Origin: Octopus bimaculoides | Taxonomy: Eukaryota | Length of the DNA: 44,411 nucleotides | Direction: 5' to 3' | Assembly: GCF_001194135.2 (NCBI RefSeq) | Contig: NC_068981.1 | Span: 175,274,420-175,318,830, forward strand | In this document: piece after piece, positions 24,446 through 37,512 of the stretch | Layout of the letters: each line of letters begins with the position of its first letter | Position numbering within the stretch: position 1 is the first letter of the stretch | Notes under the pieces: model-generated | What the model was told of the DNA's origin: nothing | Databases searched by the model: none | What the model saw: the letters and a program-made list of their open reading frames with translations, nothing else | Made by a program: the position numbers and the translations under genes

Positions 24446-25342
24446 GGGAAAAGAGAACATTTACAGCGAATTAATGCAGAATTAATAGCTCTTTCACTCT
24501 GACTATGAATTCTCATATGAATTCTCACATTTGCACAAAATGCTAGAAACACTTGGTTTCCCGGGGAAAAAAAGCAAAAGAAACTGATGCGGATTCTCCA
24601 AATCCAATCTATTAGTGGCAGAGTGAAGATTTGTAAGACAATCCAGAAATTCTCCATGGAAGATTCTGAGGTAAATATATGCACATACTTGGACGTGTAC
24701 ATTGACAGTTCAACCAACAAACCAACTCGGGAACTCTCTTAACTCAAAAATTCTTATCGTTTTGTTAGCAACTGGTTTGGTCTCTCTCAAGAACTAAGAT
24801 GAAACTCAAAGAAAAAATCATACGTACATACAACCATACATGCATACATATATACATACGTACGTACGTACAGACAGACATACACGCGCACACACATATA
24901 TACGCGCGCACACACACATATACACATATAAACACATATACATATATACGTAAACTTATGTGTATGTATGTATATATATATATATAATATATAAATATAT
25001 GCATGCACACACANNNNNNNNNNNNNNNNNNNNNNNNNNNNNNNNNNNNNNNNNNNNNNNNNNNNNNNNNNNNNNNNNNNNNNNNNNNNNNNNNNNNNNN
25101 NNNNNNNNNNNNNNNNNNNNNNNNNNNNNNNNNNNNNNNNNNNNNNNNNNNNNNNNNNNNNNNNNNNNNNNNNNNNNNNNNNNNNNNNNNNNNNNNNNNN
25201 NNNNNNNNNNNNNNNNNNNNNNNNNNNNNNNNNNNNNNNNNNNNNNNNNNNNNNNNNNNNNNNNNNNNNNNNNNNNNNNNNNNNNNNNNNNNNNNNNNNN
25301 NNNNNNNNNNNNNNNNNNNNNNNNNNNNNNNNNNNNNNNNNN

Positions 25343-25391
<49 letters not shown>

Positions 25392-25754
25392 GTGCGTGGA
25401 TATACATTATGTATGAGTGTGTGTGTGTATTACTTTTACAGATTTCAGATAGAGGCTTTGGTATTGCTGGGGTACTGCCTTTAGAATGATTGTTTCCTTT
25501 TTATTTCACATTCACCTCCCGGCTTTCCCTCTGAAATTGTTTTTCTGAAGAAGTAGCAAGCTGGACAGAGCGGCACGTTTTTGTGTTTTCTGCCACGTTT
25601 TGGGTTCATCTGGTGCTTCAGATAAAACATTTTTCTAAATGTACATTGAAGACATCCACATCGCCACTTCGCAGTTTTCAAAGGTTATTTCGTAAAGTGT
25701 TGAATAGTTGTGGGCCCTTGAAAACTAAACTCTTAGAGTATTGGATTATAATAG

Positions 25755-25825
25755 ATTCCAGGCTCAGAATCAGTCTCCCGAACTTATGATCTTCAATTCA
25801 TCACCTTAAACACTAGGCCACATCC
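25755..25825 (-). mobile_element. Decayed tRNA-like SINE head
   Basis: Minus strand TGTGGCCTAGTGTTTAAGG is A-box-like. The B-box is degenerate. Confidence 0.4.
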
Positions 25826-26094
25826 TTTCACACATATAAAGAGATAGCTAAACACACACACGCACCCCCCACACAAACACACACCCATACACACAAACAT
25901 ACATGTACACATATATATATACATATGTGTGTGTGCATACATGTATGCGTCCACATGTTTGTGAGTTTGAGAATGTATGCGCAATTATATTTGCTATATA
26001 TTATTGCTCGTTAACTCTCGAGGTTTCTTTTCTGTCTATAGTTACAGAAGTAACTGAAAACTCGGTTAGCTTTTAGTTTCCTTTAGGATATGAA

Positions 26095-26143
<49 letters not shown>

Positions 26144-26292
26144 TGTATGCATATATGTATGTATATGTATATATATATTCCTATGCTAATCAAGCGTACT
26201 TTTCCTAAGCAATTCCACCAATATGTCCATCCATGTATGCATGCATTTGTATGGGGTTCGTTATACATTTATATACGTTTGTGTAAATCCAT

Positions 26293-26323
<31 letters not shown>

Positions 26324-26561
26324 TGTATCTACGCAAGCATCAATGCATGTATTGATGTGTGTGTGTTTTTATACACATTGTTGATTCAATAGAATAAAGT
26401 TTCTGTAATGGAGAGAGAAATTCGAAGGATTGCTTTGGTCCAACGATAAAACTTTCTTGTGTATGTAAGAGGTGTAGGTTTGCATTCCATGGAAACCTTC
26501 GACTTATTCTATTGAAAAGGTTTCTTGCATGTTCACATGTATATTTAACATGTATATGTGA

Positions 26562-26880
26562 AGGCACGTGGCTTAATGGTTAGGGCATTCGGCTCACGAT
26601 CGTAAGGTCGGGAGTTCAATTCCCATCGACGCGTTGTGTCCTTGAGCAAGACATTTTATTTCACGTTGCTCCAGTCCACTCAGCAGACAAAAATGAGTAA
26701 TACCTGTATTTCAAAGGGCCAGCCTTGTCACACTCTATGTCATGCTGAATCTCCCTGAGAAGTACGTGAAGTGTTCACGTGGCTGTGGAGTGCTCAGACA
26801 CTGGCACGTTAATTTCAGAAGCAAGCTGTTCCGTCGATCGTGTCAGCTGGGACCTTCGTCGTGGTAACCGACGGAGTGCT
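26562..26880 (+). mobile_element. tRNA-headed SINE family C, sharing its 3' tail with family B
   Basis: Head GGCACGTGGCTTAATGGTTAGGG...GAGTTCAATTCC and central TTGTGTCCTTGAGCAAGAC. From TACCTGTATTTCAAAGGGCC onward it aligns to 27360-27530. Confidence 0.9.
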
Positions 26881-27161
26881 CCGTTAATATGTATATACAA
26901 ACACATTGGACTAAGGGAAACTGGTTAAACCAATTTGCAAATTTAACACATTTCTTAGCAGCGTGGTCGAGCATTAAATAACTCTTTCTATTAACAATGT
27001 TTCATTTGATTACTTTAATGTACTATAGAAAAAAATATCTGTAGGTGTATTAGTTAGCACTGTGTGTTACGACAAATGTAAATAATGCTGTATATTATTA
27101 TATTATATGCTCGTGGAAAGAAAATAGGGAACAGCTGTGTCAAGTTTTCGATAGTAGTTGC

Positions 27162-27530
27162 GGAGGCGCAATGGCCTAGTGGTTAGGGCAGCGGACTCGC
27201 GGTCTTAGGATCGCGGTTTCGATTCCCAGACCAGGTGTTGTGAGTGTTTATTGAGTGAAAACACCTAAAGCACCACGAGGCTCCGGCAGGGGGGGGGGTG
27301 AACCATGCTGTACTCTTTCACCATAAATTTGTCTCACTCTTTCTTCCTGTTTCTGTTGTACCTGTATTTCAAAGGGCCAACCTTGTCACACTGAATCTCC
27401 TCGAGAACTAAGTTAAGGGTACACGTTTCTGTGGAGTGCTCAGCAACTTGCACGTTAATTTCATGAGTAGGCTGTCCTGTTGATCGGATCAACTGGAACA
27501 CTCGCCGTCGTAACCGATGGATTGTCACCA
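27162..27530 (+). mobile_element. tRNA-headed SINE family B
   Basis: Reverse-complement homologue of 23350-23736 along its length. Confidence 0.95.
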
Positions 27531-27628
27531 TACAAGAGACAGCTACATTTCTAGAAGTAAGAATTAAGGTGCTCTAATGTTTTAGCTAACGTACAAAAAC
27601 GAAAACTTATACACTAACAAGAATCATA

Positions 27629-27750
27629 ATTGGTCCGAAAAATGCCGAGCGAGAATTTTTAATGCTGACGTCACTTTCGGCAATTTCCGCTGCCTTATAA
27701 GTCAAGCCCGCTCGATTGTTCGAGCCTTACAAGTTCCGCTTCGCTATTAG
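27629..27750. promoter_or_regulatory. Candidate housekeeping-type promoter (CRE plus ETS-like composite, CCAAT, CpG cluster)
   Basis: TGACGTCACTTTCGG at 27666-27680, ATTGG at 27629-27633, and about 10 CpGs in ~110 bp. It does not match the repeat families seen in this window. Confidence 0.35.
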
Positions 27751-28324
27751 TATTTATGTTCTCGTCATCCAAATTATTGGGTGATTTAACAAATCGCTAA
27801 TGTGTATATGTAAAATTAATATAAACAGCAGTTCACAATGTTTCACCAAAACGTCGAATTATAATTGTCACTAAATATGACGAAGTATAAATAATGGTCA
27901 TTATATATTTTACCTTTCTTAGGGCAAATTTTTCCAGTATTCACTATATGTACGTTACTGGTAGGTTTACTCAATTGGTCTATTGATCAGTTGGGAAAAA
28001 CTGAACGACCTAAAAAAATTAACACCATTCTCGTCAGACCATTTCTGGTCAGAACACTGCAGAACACTCAAGGAATGGCACGCGCATGCATACGTTAATC
28101 AGAAAATGGCATTGGTTCTGTGGAAGACCTTTCCTCTCTTTAAAAAGCTTCAAACTGACATCGCTTGATTTTTAATACCTTTGTTGTGTTGCATACTATG
28201 GCTGGCCGTAACAGAAAAAGGCAAGGAGCTCAATTCCACGATGAAGTGAAACAGTGATTCAGCCCTTGAGTCGCTTTTATTTTTTACTTCCTACCGATTA
28301 AGAAATATTGGATTTTAATTTTGA

Positions 28325-28460
28325 ATCAATGTCAGCGTTTTGGAGAAGGAGCTAAGTCGGTTATGTCAACCTCTACTGCTAACCCGATACGTATTTTCTC
28401 GACAGCGAAAGCATAAAGGGCAAAGTCGACCTTGGCGAAATTTGAACTGACAATGTCGAT
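28325..28460 (-). mobile_element. Decayed SINE family A fragment
   Basis: GGCAAAGTCGACCTTGGCGAAATTTGAAC is the reverse complement of the family A core. Confidence 0.7.
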
Positions 28461-28604
28461 AAAAAAATCAAAACATATACATCTTCCTAGCTTGAGTTCT
28501 GTTTATCCCGTGTGCTCTAACAAATTCGTGTGAGCTGTGTGCGTGTATCTGTATGTGAGAGAGACAGTGTGTGTGTGTGCATGCGTGTGTGTGTGTGTGT
28601 GTAT

Positions 28605-28645
<41 letters not shown>

Positions 28646-28784
28646 CGCATGTTTCAGTGTGTTTCCTCTTGGAGTCTGTCTGCGAAGCATGTATGACCAC
28701 TGAGCTAAGAAACTAATCAGAAGCCTATTTCCAATTAGGCTTGATAGCATCTTGCCAAATTGGCCACAATCCAGTATTTTCATT

Positions 28785-28865
<81 letters not shown>

Positions 28866-28875
28866 ATTAATATTA
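28785..28875. repeat. (CAT)n-(TAT)n microsatellite
   Basis: Directly visible. Confidence 0.97.
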
Positions 28876-29801
28876 TTAATGCTGTTGTTGTTGCTAGTAT
28901 TATTGTTGATGTTATTGTAGATGATATTCTCGCAGCTAACCTCACCACCACCCATCCACAATCCACCACCACCACCACCACCACCACCGCCGTCGCCATC
29001 ATCATGAGCACTTACGCTGACATACATGTTCATTTTTTTTGTTCATTTTTATATATATATAAGGAAGGCTGTATGTTAGTCATACGTTATAGATCTGATG
29101 GTTAGCCGGAAATCGCTTTATGTAACTCTATCCATCAGGTCATGGACCCAGCAGATGATGGCAGTGATTGTGCTGGTAGCAACAACAACAACAACAACAA
29201 CAGCAGTAGCAGCAGCAGCAGTAGTAGTACTGGTAGTAGTAGTAGTAGTAAACCTGATGATCGTCATGGCAGGCCTTGTTTCAATCTGCATTGGTTATGT
29301 CCATAGTGATGGTAGCTGTCTGTTGTAAGAAGTGATGGTTATTCTGTTGCATGCTTATAGTTCGTAGCAGTCACATGGACGGTTGCGCCAATGGCACTGA
29401 TGTCTCTTAATTGTTATATGGGTGACGGTGGCACCACTACATTCAATATCTTTGCTGTAGTCATGTCGGCTGTTGAGAAACTGCAATATTTTTTCTAAAA
29501 TTAGTAAATCTAATAAAGCCAGTTACTGGATTTTTTTTCCTGCTTCTGTGTACATACCTACGTATGCATGTATGTTTGCATGTATGTATAAATATATATA
29601 TATATTTATTTATATAAATATCTATATATACACACACATGCATACATATATACATATATACATATACATTGCCCGTATATAAATACATATGTATAAGCAC
29701 ACACACACACACACACACACATACACATGCGCGTGCATATATATGTGTACATATATATATATGTCAAGATGAAGCAATATATAAGTGTATATATATACAC
29801 T

Positions 29802-29865
<64 letters not shown>

Positions 29866-29997
29866 CGTGTGTGTGTGTGTGTGCGTGTATGTATGTATAT
29901 ATATATGTCTTTTTTGCTTTAGTTATTCCATTACTAATATATCGTAGAAAGATGTTAACAATGATGATGAGGCTGATGATGATGATACTGGGATTTT

Positions 29998-30156
29998 TCT
30001 CTTCCTCCTTCTCCACCTCTTCCTCCTCCTCCTCCTCCACCTCTGCCTCCTCCACCTCTTCCCCCTCCACCTCTACCTCCTCCTCCACCTCTTCCTCCAC
30101 CTCTTCCTCCTCCTCCTCCTCCTCCTCTCCCTCTTCCTCCTCCTCCACCTCCTCCT
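29998..30156. repeat. Degenerate (CCT)n microsatellite
   Basis: Directly visible. It runs into a gap. Confidence 0.95.
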
Positions 30157-31319
30157 NNNNNNNNNNNNNNNNNNNNNNNNNNNNNNNNNNNNNNNNNNNN
30201 NNNNNNNNNNNNNNNNNNNNNNNNNNNNNNNNNNNNNNNNNNNNNNNNNNNNNNNNNNNNNNNNNNNNNNNNNNNNNNNNNNNNNNNNNNNNNNNNNNNN
30301 NNNNNNNNNNNNNNNNNNNNNNNNNNNNNNNNNNNNNNNNNNNNNNNNNNNNNNNNNNNNNNNNNNNNNNNNNNNNNNNNNNNNNNNNNNNNNNNNNNNN
30401 NNNNNNNNNNNNNNNNNNNNNNNNNNNNNNNNNNNNNNNNNNNNNNNNNNNNNNNNNNNNNNNNNNNNNNNNNNNNNNNNNNNNNNNNNNNNNNNNNNNN
30501 NNNNNNNNNNNNNNNNNNNNNNNNNNNNNNNNNNNNNNNNNNNNNNNNNNNNNNNNNNNNNNNNNNNNNNNNNNNNNNNNNNNNNNNNNNNNNNNNNNNN
30601 NNNNNNNNNNNNNNNNNNNNNNNNNNNNNNNNNNNNNNNNNNNNNNNNNNNNNNNNNNNNNNNNNNNNNNNNNNNNNNNNNNNNNNNNNNNNNNNNNNNN
30701 NNNNNNNNNNNNNNNNNNNNNNNNNNNNNNNNNNNNNNNNNNNNNNNNNNNNNNNNNNNNNNNNNNNNNNNNNNNNNNNNNNNNNNNNNNNNNNNNNNNN
30801 NNNNNNNNNNNNNNNNNNNNNNNNNNNNNNNNNNNNNNNNNNNNNNNNNNNNNNNNNNNNNNNNNNNNNGCCACCACCACCACCACAACAACAAAAACAG
30901 AAGCAACAAGAATAACAGCATCAGCCGTAGCAGCAACAGAACAGCAACAGCAACAGCAGTAGCAGCAACGAGCAGAAATAGGAGTAACAAGATTGCTATG
31001 GACGACAAACAAACACATGGCAATCGATGGTTTCTGTCTACACTGAACCAGGCAGAAACGAAGTAGAAATACAGTCCAGTTGTTTCCGTTGCATAACAAC
31101 GAGTTAATTGTCGCATTGGAGAAAAGAATAGCTTTCTGCCATTATCCTATATATAACTGTGTTATTATCAGAGACCTTATTTTTATGTTATTGGAGAATG
31201 CATTGATCTTCTTCTTTTTTCGTAATTTTGCATTAACTGAGGTCACAATGGCTTTCGTCTGTTAGAATCAGTTCCAAAAAATTTTCGTTACAAACGGAAT
31301 ATCTACGAAACGCTCATTT

Positions 31320-31362
31320 CTTTCGTAATTTCTTTCTATCTTTCTTTTTCTTTCTTTCGTTC

Positions 31363-31437
<75 letters not shown>

Positions 31438-31638
31438 TTCTTTCTTTCTTTCTTTCTTTCTATCTTTCTTTCCATCTTTCTTTCGTTTTCTTTCTTTTTT
31501 TCTTTCCTTCTTTCTTTCTTTCTTTAGTTCTTTCGTTGTTTCGATTTTTCGTTCTTTCTTTCTTTCATTCGTTCTTTCTTTCGTTCGTTCTTTCTTTCGT
31601 TCGTTCGTTCTTTCTTTGTTTCGTTCTTTCTTTCGTTC
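31320..31638. repeat. (TTTC)n/(TTCG)n microsatellite
   Basis: Directly visible. Confidence 0.97.
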
Positions 31639-31639
31639 T

Positions 31640-32063
31640 TATGTGTTTGCTTTAAAATTTGAGATCACATAGACAGTATTTTATGTAGGATATGGGCAGT
31701 TCCCATGAGAACTATCTTTTGAACTTCAGCCATTTTGGGGTTTCCTGGTGTCTGAGCTTGGTATTAATCAGCCCGTTTCGCTGTCATTCCCAGGGCACCT
31801 ATGACAATAGGTATTGTTTTCGTCTTCAGATTCCATATTTTGCTAATTTCTATTTCAAGATCTTTATATTTGCTCAGTTTTTGGTAGGTCTTGACAAATA
31901 CGTTTATATCGATTGGGACAGTCATATCAATGAGGAGGCATGATTTTTGTCTGAAGTCTTTCAGTATGATGTCTGGCCTATTTGCGTCTATCTTTCTGTC
32001 AGTTTGAATGGTGAAGTTCCAGAGGAGTGCAATGTGATCATTTTCAAGTACTGGGGGTGGTTT
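31640..32063 (-). mobile_element. R4/Dong-like RLE non-LTR retrotransposon 3' fragment
   Basis: Minus strand: KPPPVLENDHIALLWNFTIQTDRKIDANRPDIILKDFRQKSCLLIDMTVPIDINVFVKTYQKLSKYKDLEIEISKIWNLKTKTIPIVIGALG, the PD-(D/E)xK RLE. An internal stop and a frameshift follow, ending ...GTAHILHKILSM* at 31665. Confidence 0.9.
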
Positions 32064-32846
32064 NNNNNNNNNNNNNNNNNNNNNNNNNNNNNNNNNNNNN
32101 NNNNNNNNNNNNNNNNNNNNNNNNNNNNNNNNNNNNNNNNNNNNNNNNNNNNNNNNNNNNNNNNNNNNNNNNNNNNNNNNNNNNNNNNNNNNNNNNNNNN
32201 NNNNNNNNNNNNNNNNNNNNNNNNNNNNNNNNNNNNNNNNNNNNNNNNNNNNNNNNNNNNNNNNNNNNNNNNNNNNNNNNNNNNNNNNNNNNNNNNNNNN
32301 NNNNNNNNNNNNNNNNNNNNNNNNNNNNNNNNNNNNNNNNNNNNNNNNNNNNNNNNNNNNNNNNNNNNNNNNNNNNNNNNNNNNNNNNNNNNNNNNNNNN
32401 NNNNNNNNNNNNNNNNNNNNNNNNNNNNNNNNNNNNNNNNNNNNNNNNNNNNNNNNNNNNNNNNNNNNNNNNNNNNNNNNNNNNNNNNNNNNNNNNNNNN
32501 NNNNNNNNNNNNNNNNNNNNNNNNNNNNNNNNNNNNNNNNNNNNNNNNNNNNNNNNNNNNNNNNNNNNNNNNNNNNNNNNNNNNNNNNNNNNNNNNNNNN
32601 NNNNNNNNNNNNNNNNNNNNNNNNNNNNNNNNNNNNNNNNNNNNNNNNNNNNNNNNNNNNNNNNNNNNNNNNNNNNNNNNNNNNNNNNNNNNNNNNNNNN
32701 NNNNNNNNNNNNNNNNNNNNNNNNNNNNNNNNNNNNNNNNNNNNNNNNNNNNNNNNNNNNNNNNNNNNNNNNNNNNNNNNNNNNNNNNNNNNNNNNNNNN
32801 NNNNNNNNNNNNNNNNNNNNNNNNNNNNNNNNNNNNNNNNNNNNNN

Positions 32847-32900
<54 letters not shown>

Positions 32901-32951
32901 TTATGGTTGACTTTTGTTTTGCATTTGTACAAGTTTATTATTATTATTATC

Positions 32952-32983
<32 letters not shown>

Positions 32984-33035
32984 CATTATCATTATCATTA
33001 TCATTATCATTATCATTATCATTATCATTATCATT
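32847..33035. repeat. (ATT)n and (ATCATT)n microsatellites
   Basis: Directly visible. Confidence 0.97.
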
Positions 33036-33036
33036 A

Positions 33037-33225
33037 AAGACGGCGATTTGGGTGATCTGTTGCAACACCGGGTAAAGTGTGTAACGGCATTTTGGCTGCC
33101 TTCGTGTTCTGAGTTCAAATTCCGCCGAGGTCGACTTAACCATTCATTATTTCGGGGTTGATAAAATAAGTATCAGCTGAGCACTGGAGTCGATGTAATC
33201 GACTCCTCCCCCTCCCCTACAATGC
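33037..33225 (+). mobile_element. SINE family A monomer, diverged
   Basis: GTTCTGAGTTCAAATTCCGCCGAGGTCGAC...GGAGTCGATGTAATCGAC aligns to 5260-5360. Confidence 0.85.
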
Positions 33226-33363
33226 CTAAAAACATGATCCGATGGTCATGGCTGGCACGCCTTTCATTATATGTCTGCTAAGTCACGTCTGCTTGAGAGC
33301 TAAATAATTACTACAACGATTTTGCATGCGTTTCTCTGTGTGTATGTGTGTATGTAAGTGTGT

Positions 33364-33398
<35 letters not shown>

Positions 33399-33789
33399 GG
33401 TGTGTGTGTGTCTATATAAGAAAGACATTTCATATTAACTTATGGTGTTTGGGGATTTTCCGGCGTCATTTTTGCCGATACGATCAGTTTACATTAATCT
33501 ATAAAGTTTATGATATCATACTTGGATTGATTTTGCTGAAGGGTTTTGTTGCGTAAAACAGATGAGAAATATTCTCTGGTATATTGAATCATAGCATACA
33601 GCAGCAGGTATGTTTCCCACAAGATTTACTATTTTTACTTCACCAAATTAATTTGAAGTTTTTAAAAATTACACGGTTGTCCAAATATATAATATAAACA
33701 ACGTATCACAATTGACTTTTAATTTTTATCTCGTCAGCTGTAATTTTTTCCTCTCCAGAACAAATTTTAAAAAAATAATAATAATAATG

Positions 33790-33826
<37 letters not shown>

Positions 33827-33927
33827 AGACAAGCCAGTATTTTTGGAAGAAAAAAAAAACATCCTCAAAAAAACACATGCATGGGTGCGTGGTAAGAGTT
33901 TCGCTTCGGAACCAATGTCATACATTC

Positions 33928-33937
33928 TCATCATCAC

Positions 33938-33995
<58 letters not shown>

Positions 33996-34192
33996 GTCAT
34001 CATCATTATCATCATCGTCATCATCATTATCGTCGTCGTCGTTATCATCATCACCACCACCACCACCACCACAACCACCCTCATCCTCATGATCCTCACC
34101 ACCATCATCCTCATCCTCATGATCCTCACCACCATCATCCTCATCCTCATGATCCTCACCACCACCACCACCACCACCACTATCATCACAAT
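33928..34192. repeat. (CAT)n/(CAC)n array containing a 30-bp higher-order unit
   Basis: TCCTCATCCTCATGATCCTCACCACCA recurs between ~34078 and 34165. Confidence 0.9.
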
Positions 34193-34707
34193 CATGCCTT
34201 TAAACCAATCTGCGAGTAATACATTCGTCTCACAGAAACGTGATCAACATATTGGGTTAGTTTGATTTCCAGCATTTCTAATAAGCGATCGGGGAAATAT
34301 CGCGTGAATTAAGAAAATCTCTATTCAGCAATCCTTCGAAATTTTAGAAATGGCAAGAATCTATCAAGTTTCAATCTAATTTATGAAAGATGAGTATATT
34401 AGATAACACCATCTTAGCTTCACTATAAGAAAAAAAAAAAAAAATCCCCTAAAATTCCGTTATGTCAACATGTTCATAGCTGATGTTTGTTTTGATCATA
34501 TGGCTCCTTTATGGTGTCCTACCCGGGGTTAAACAATAACGACAGCGACAAAAGAAGCTAGTTTGATCTATTGGGATTAACGGCAACATCCTGCCCACGT
34601 CCATACTTTACCGCTGCTGAAGCAGAAATCCTGGGGGGTAGGAGCAACACATTTGCTCATGAGTCAGTTGAGATATATTTGACCTTGGGATTAAAGAAGA
34701 GCAATAG

Positions 34708-34750
<43 letters not shown>

Positions 34751-34968
34751 AACCACCGCCGCCGCTACTACTACTACTACTACCACCGCCGCCGCTACTA
34801 CTACTACTACTACTACCACCGCCGCTACTACTACTACTACTAGCAACATTACCACTGCTGCTGCTACTACCACCACCACCACCACCACCACCACTACTAC
34901 TACTGCTACTTCTATTTCTACTACTACTACTACTACTACTACCAACACTACCTCTGCTGCTGCTGCTG

Positions 34969-35014
<46 letters not shown>

Positions 35015-35058
35015 TACTACTAACGCTACTACCAGTACTACCAATACTGTTGCTGCTG

Positions 35059-35108
<50 letters not shown>

Positions 35109-35118
35109 NNNNNNNNNN

Positions 35119-35158
<40 letters not shown>

Positions 35159-35202
35159 TACTACTAACGCTACTACCAGTACTACCAATACTGTTGCTGC
35201 TG

Positions 35203-35265
<63 letters not shown>

Positions 35266-35272
35266 ATGCTGC
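34708..35272. repeat. (CTA)n/(CCG)n/(CTG)n compound array with an internal block duplication
   Basis: The block CTTCTACTACTACTAACGCTACTACCAGTACTACCAATACTGTTGCTGCTG occurs at ~35008 and ~35152. Confidence 0.95.
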
Positions 35273-36463
35273 TGCTGTTATATTTTTTAAATAATGCTGC
35301 AGATATCCTTGAGCATTTTGTTCTCGATCTTTTTTTGTTTTGTTTTTTTTTTAATATCATCTCTGCCAAGCATCCAAAAGGCAGTGAAAATGAAACTATA
35401 AAACGAACCAACAAACGGTTATGAAACAAAATCATGAAAGTGTTAAATTAAAAGTCGAGCCTCTTTGACTTGCGTTTGACCTTGTCTTGCGACGAGCAGC
35501 TCAGGAAAATATTTGGACATATCTATGTCTCTGTAATATCTTCAGGGCATCGACCCTCAGTGGCTAATAATATATCGTTCCGTTTCAGTACTGTATAACT
35601 ATACTTAACGGCGACAACGACAAGACCAAGAAGAACAACCACAACAGAAATAGTACCAGCAATAAAAGCGCCCACAAAGACGACGACGAAAGCAAAGTGC
35701 AATAGGAAATATCTGCAGTATTCAACAACATGTGAAGCTGGATTAAATCAAGCCAGAAACAAGCTGGGTATATGAAGCAGGTCGAATATTTTGGCAATAA
35801 TCTCGAAGATTCCAATAAAAACTACAAATATATCAATGATTTTTGGCAGCTTTACGGAAACCTGTATGAACACAAAAACATCGTTACCGACATTATACAT
35901 ATAAATAATCTTTCTGCAAATGTTTTATTTAACAGCAGTAATGTTATTCACACTTTTATTCTCTGTTCTCTAAAACGACTTCTTTCCTCTCACCGGACTT
36001 TTAGTTTCTTCGTTCAACTCTTCCAATCTTTCTTTCTCATTTTCTTTTCTTCCTTCCTTTATTTCTATTTCTGCCTTTTTTTTTTCTGTTTTCTCTTTTT
36101 TTTTTCTTTTTTTAATCTATCGAAGCCATCGCAGTAGAACTGGAACACATGAACGAATACAGCGAATCTGATAAACACAGAAATCTGCAAGTTAACAAGG
36201 CTGATAGGTGGGAAATAAATATGTATGCGCCGACTATGGATAAAGGATGACGTTTGTATAAAGCGGTGTTCTGAGAAATGTTACCGAGATTATTCTTGTA
36301 CCCGGATACGTAAAGACAATAAGAAACAGAAAAAAAAAAAGAAAAAACGAAATAACGAAAGGGAAAAAAAGTGAAAAAGAAGATAAACGAACGATATGTT
36401 TCATATCCTCGTGCTAAACATAAGAATATGCATGTACATATTAGTGTGTGCGTGTGTGTATAT

Positions 36464-36502
<39 letters not shown>

Positions 36503-37512
36503 TGATATAATATATATATCATATATATATATAACATATATATATAAATGATATAATATATATAATATGAACAATATATATATATGTATGTATGTATAAG
36601 GATCTTCACCTCTTACATCACACCTTTCTTTCTACTTGAACGCCGCGGTGGTATAATTTCCTGGGAGAGAAATAATTTTGAGGCTGAGGATAGCTTTACA
36701 TTGTAAATTATACACATATTATATTATACACATATAAAGCTTGAAACACGTGTACCGCGGAATCCTTTGTAGTTTTGTTGTTATTTTTTTGGATTTACAA
36801 TTTATNNNNNNNNNNNNNNNNNNNNNNNNNNNNNNNNNNNNNNNNNNNNNNNNNNNNNNNNNNNNNNNNNNNNNNNNNNNNNNNNNNNNNNNNNNNNNNN
36901 NNNNNNNNNNNNNNNNNNNNNNNNNNNNNNNNNNNNNNNNNNNNNNNNNNNNNNNNNNNNNNNNNNNNNNNNNNNNNNNNNNNNNNNNNNNNNNNNNNNN
37001 NNNNNNNNNNNNNNNNNNNNNNNNNNNNNNNNNNNNNNNNNNNNNNNNNNNNNNNNNNNNNNNNNNNNNNNNNNNNNNNNNNNNNNNNNNNNNNNNNNNN
37101 NNNNNNNNNNNNNNNNNNNNNNNNNNNNNNNNNNNNNNNNNNNNNNNNNNNNNNNNNNNNNNNNNNNNNNNNNNNNNNNNNNNNNNNNNNNNNNNNNNNN
37201 NNNNNNNNNNNNNNNNNNNNNNNNNNNNNNNNNNNNNNNNNNNNNNNNNNNNNNNNNNNNNNNNNNNNNNNNNNNNNNNNNNNNNNNNNNNNNNNNNNNN
37301 NNNNNNNNNNNNNNNNNNNNNNNNNNNNNNNNNNNNNNNNNNNNNNNNNNNNNNNNNNNNNNNNNNNNNNNNNNNNNNNNNNNNNNNNNNNNNNNNNNNN
37401 NNNNNNNTATATATATAAAAGGTATTGGTACCTATAAGATGCAATGAGTGCCTGGTAACGCTAAGTAAGTGGTATGGCCAGACGTAGTTAAACTCTTGGT
37501 TCGATAGTGATA

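Noticed and set aside
25516-25634. 119-nt minus-strand AG...GT exon candidate
   Set aside because: Weak polypyrimidine tract, two frames open, no recognisable homology, and on the opposite strand to other candidates.
23660-27240. tRNA-like sequences at 23660-23736, 26562-26630 and 27162-27235 as tRNA genes
   Set aside because: They continue into SINE bodies (one with a TSD) and lack complete acceptor stems.
35608-35766. Mucin-like frame TATTTRPRRTTTTEIVP...CNRKYLQYSTTC
   Set aside because: There is an in-frame TAA at 35596 just after the only good acceptor, and the sequence is a degenerate (ACN)n microsatellite.
36126-36207. Exon candidate AIAVELEHMNEYSESDKHR after a long T-tract
   Set aside because: Non-YAG acceptor, weak donor and no homology recognised.
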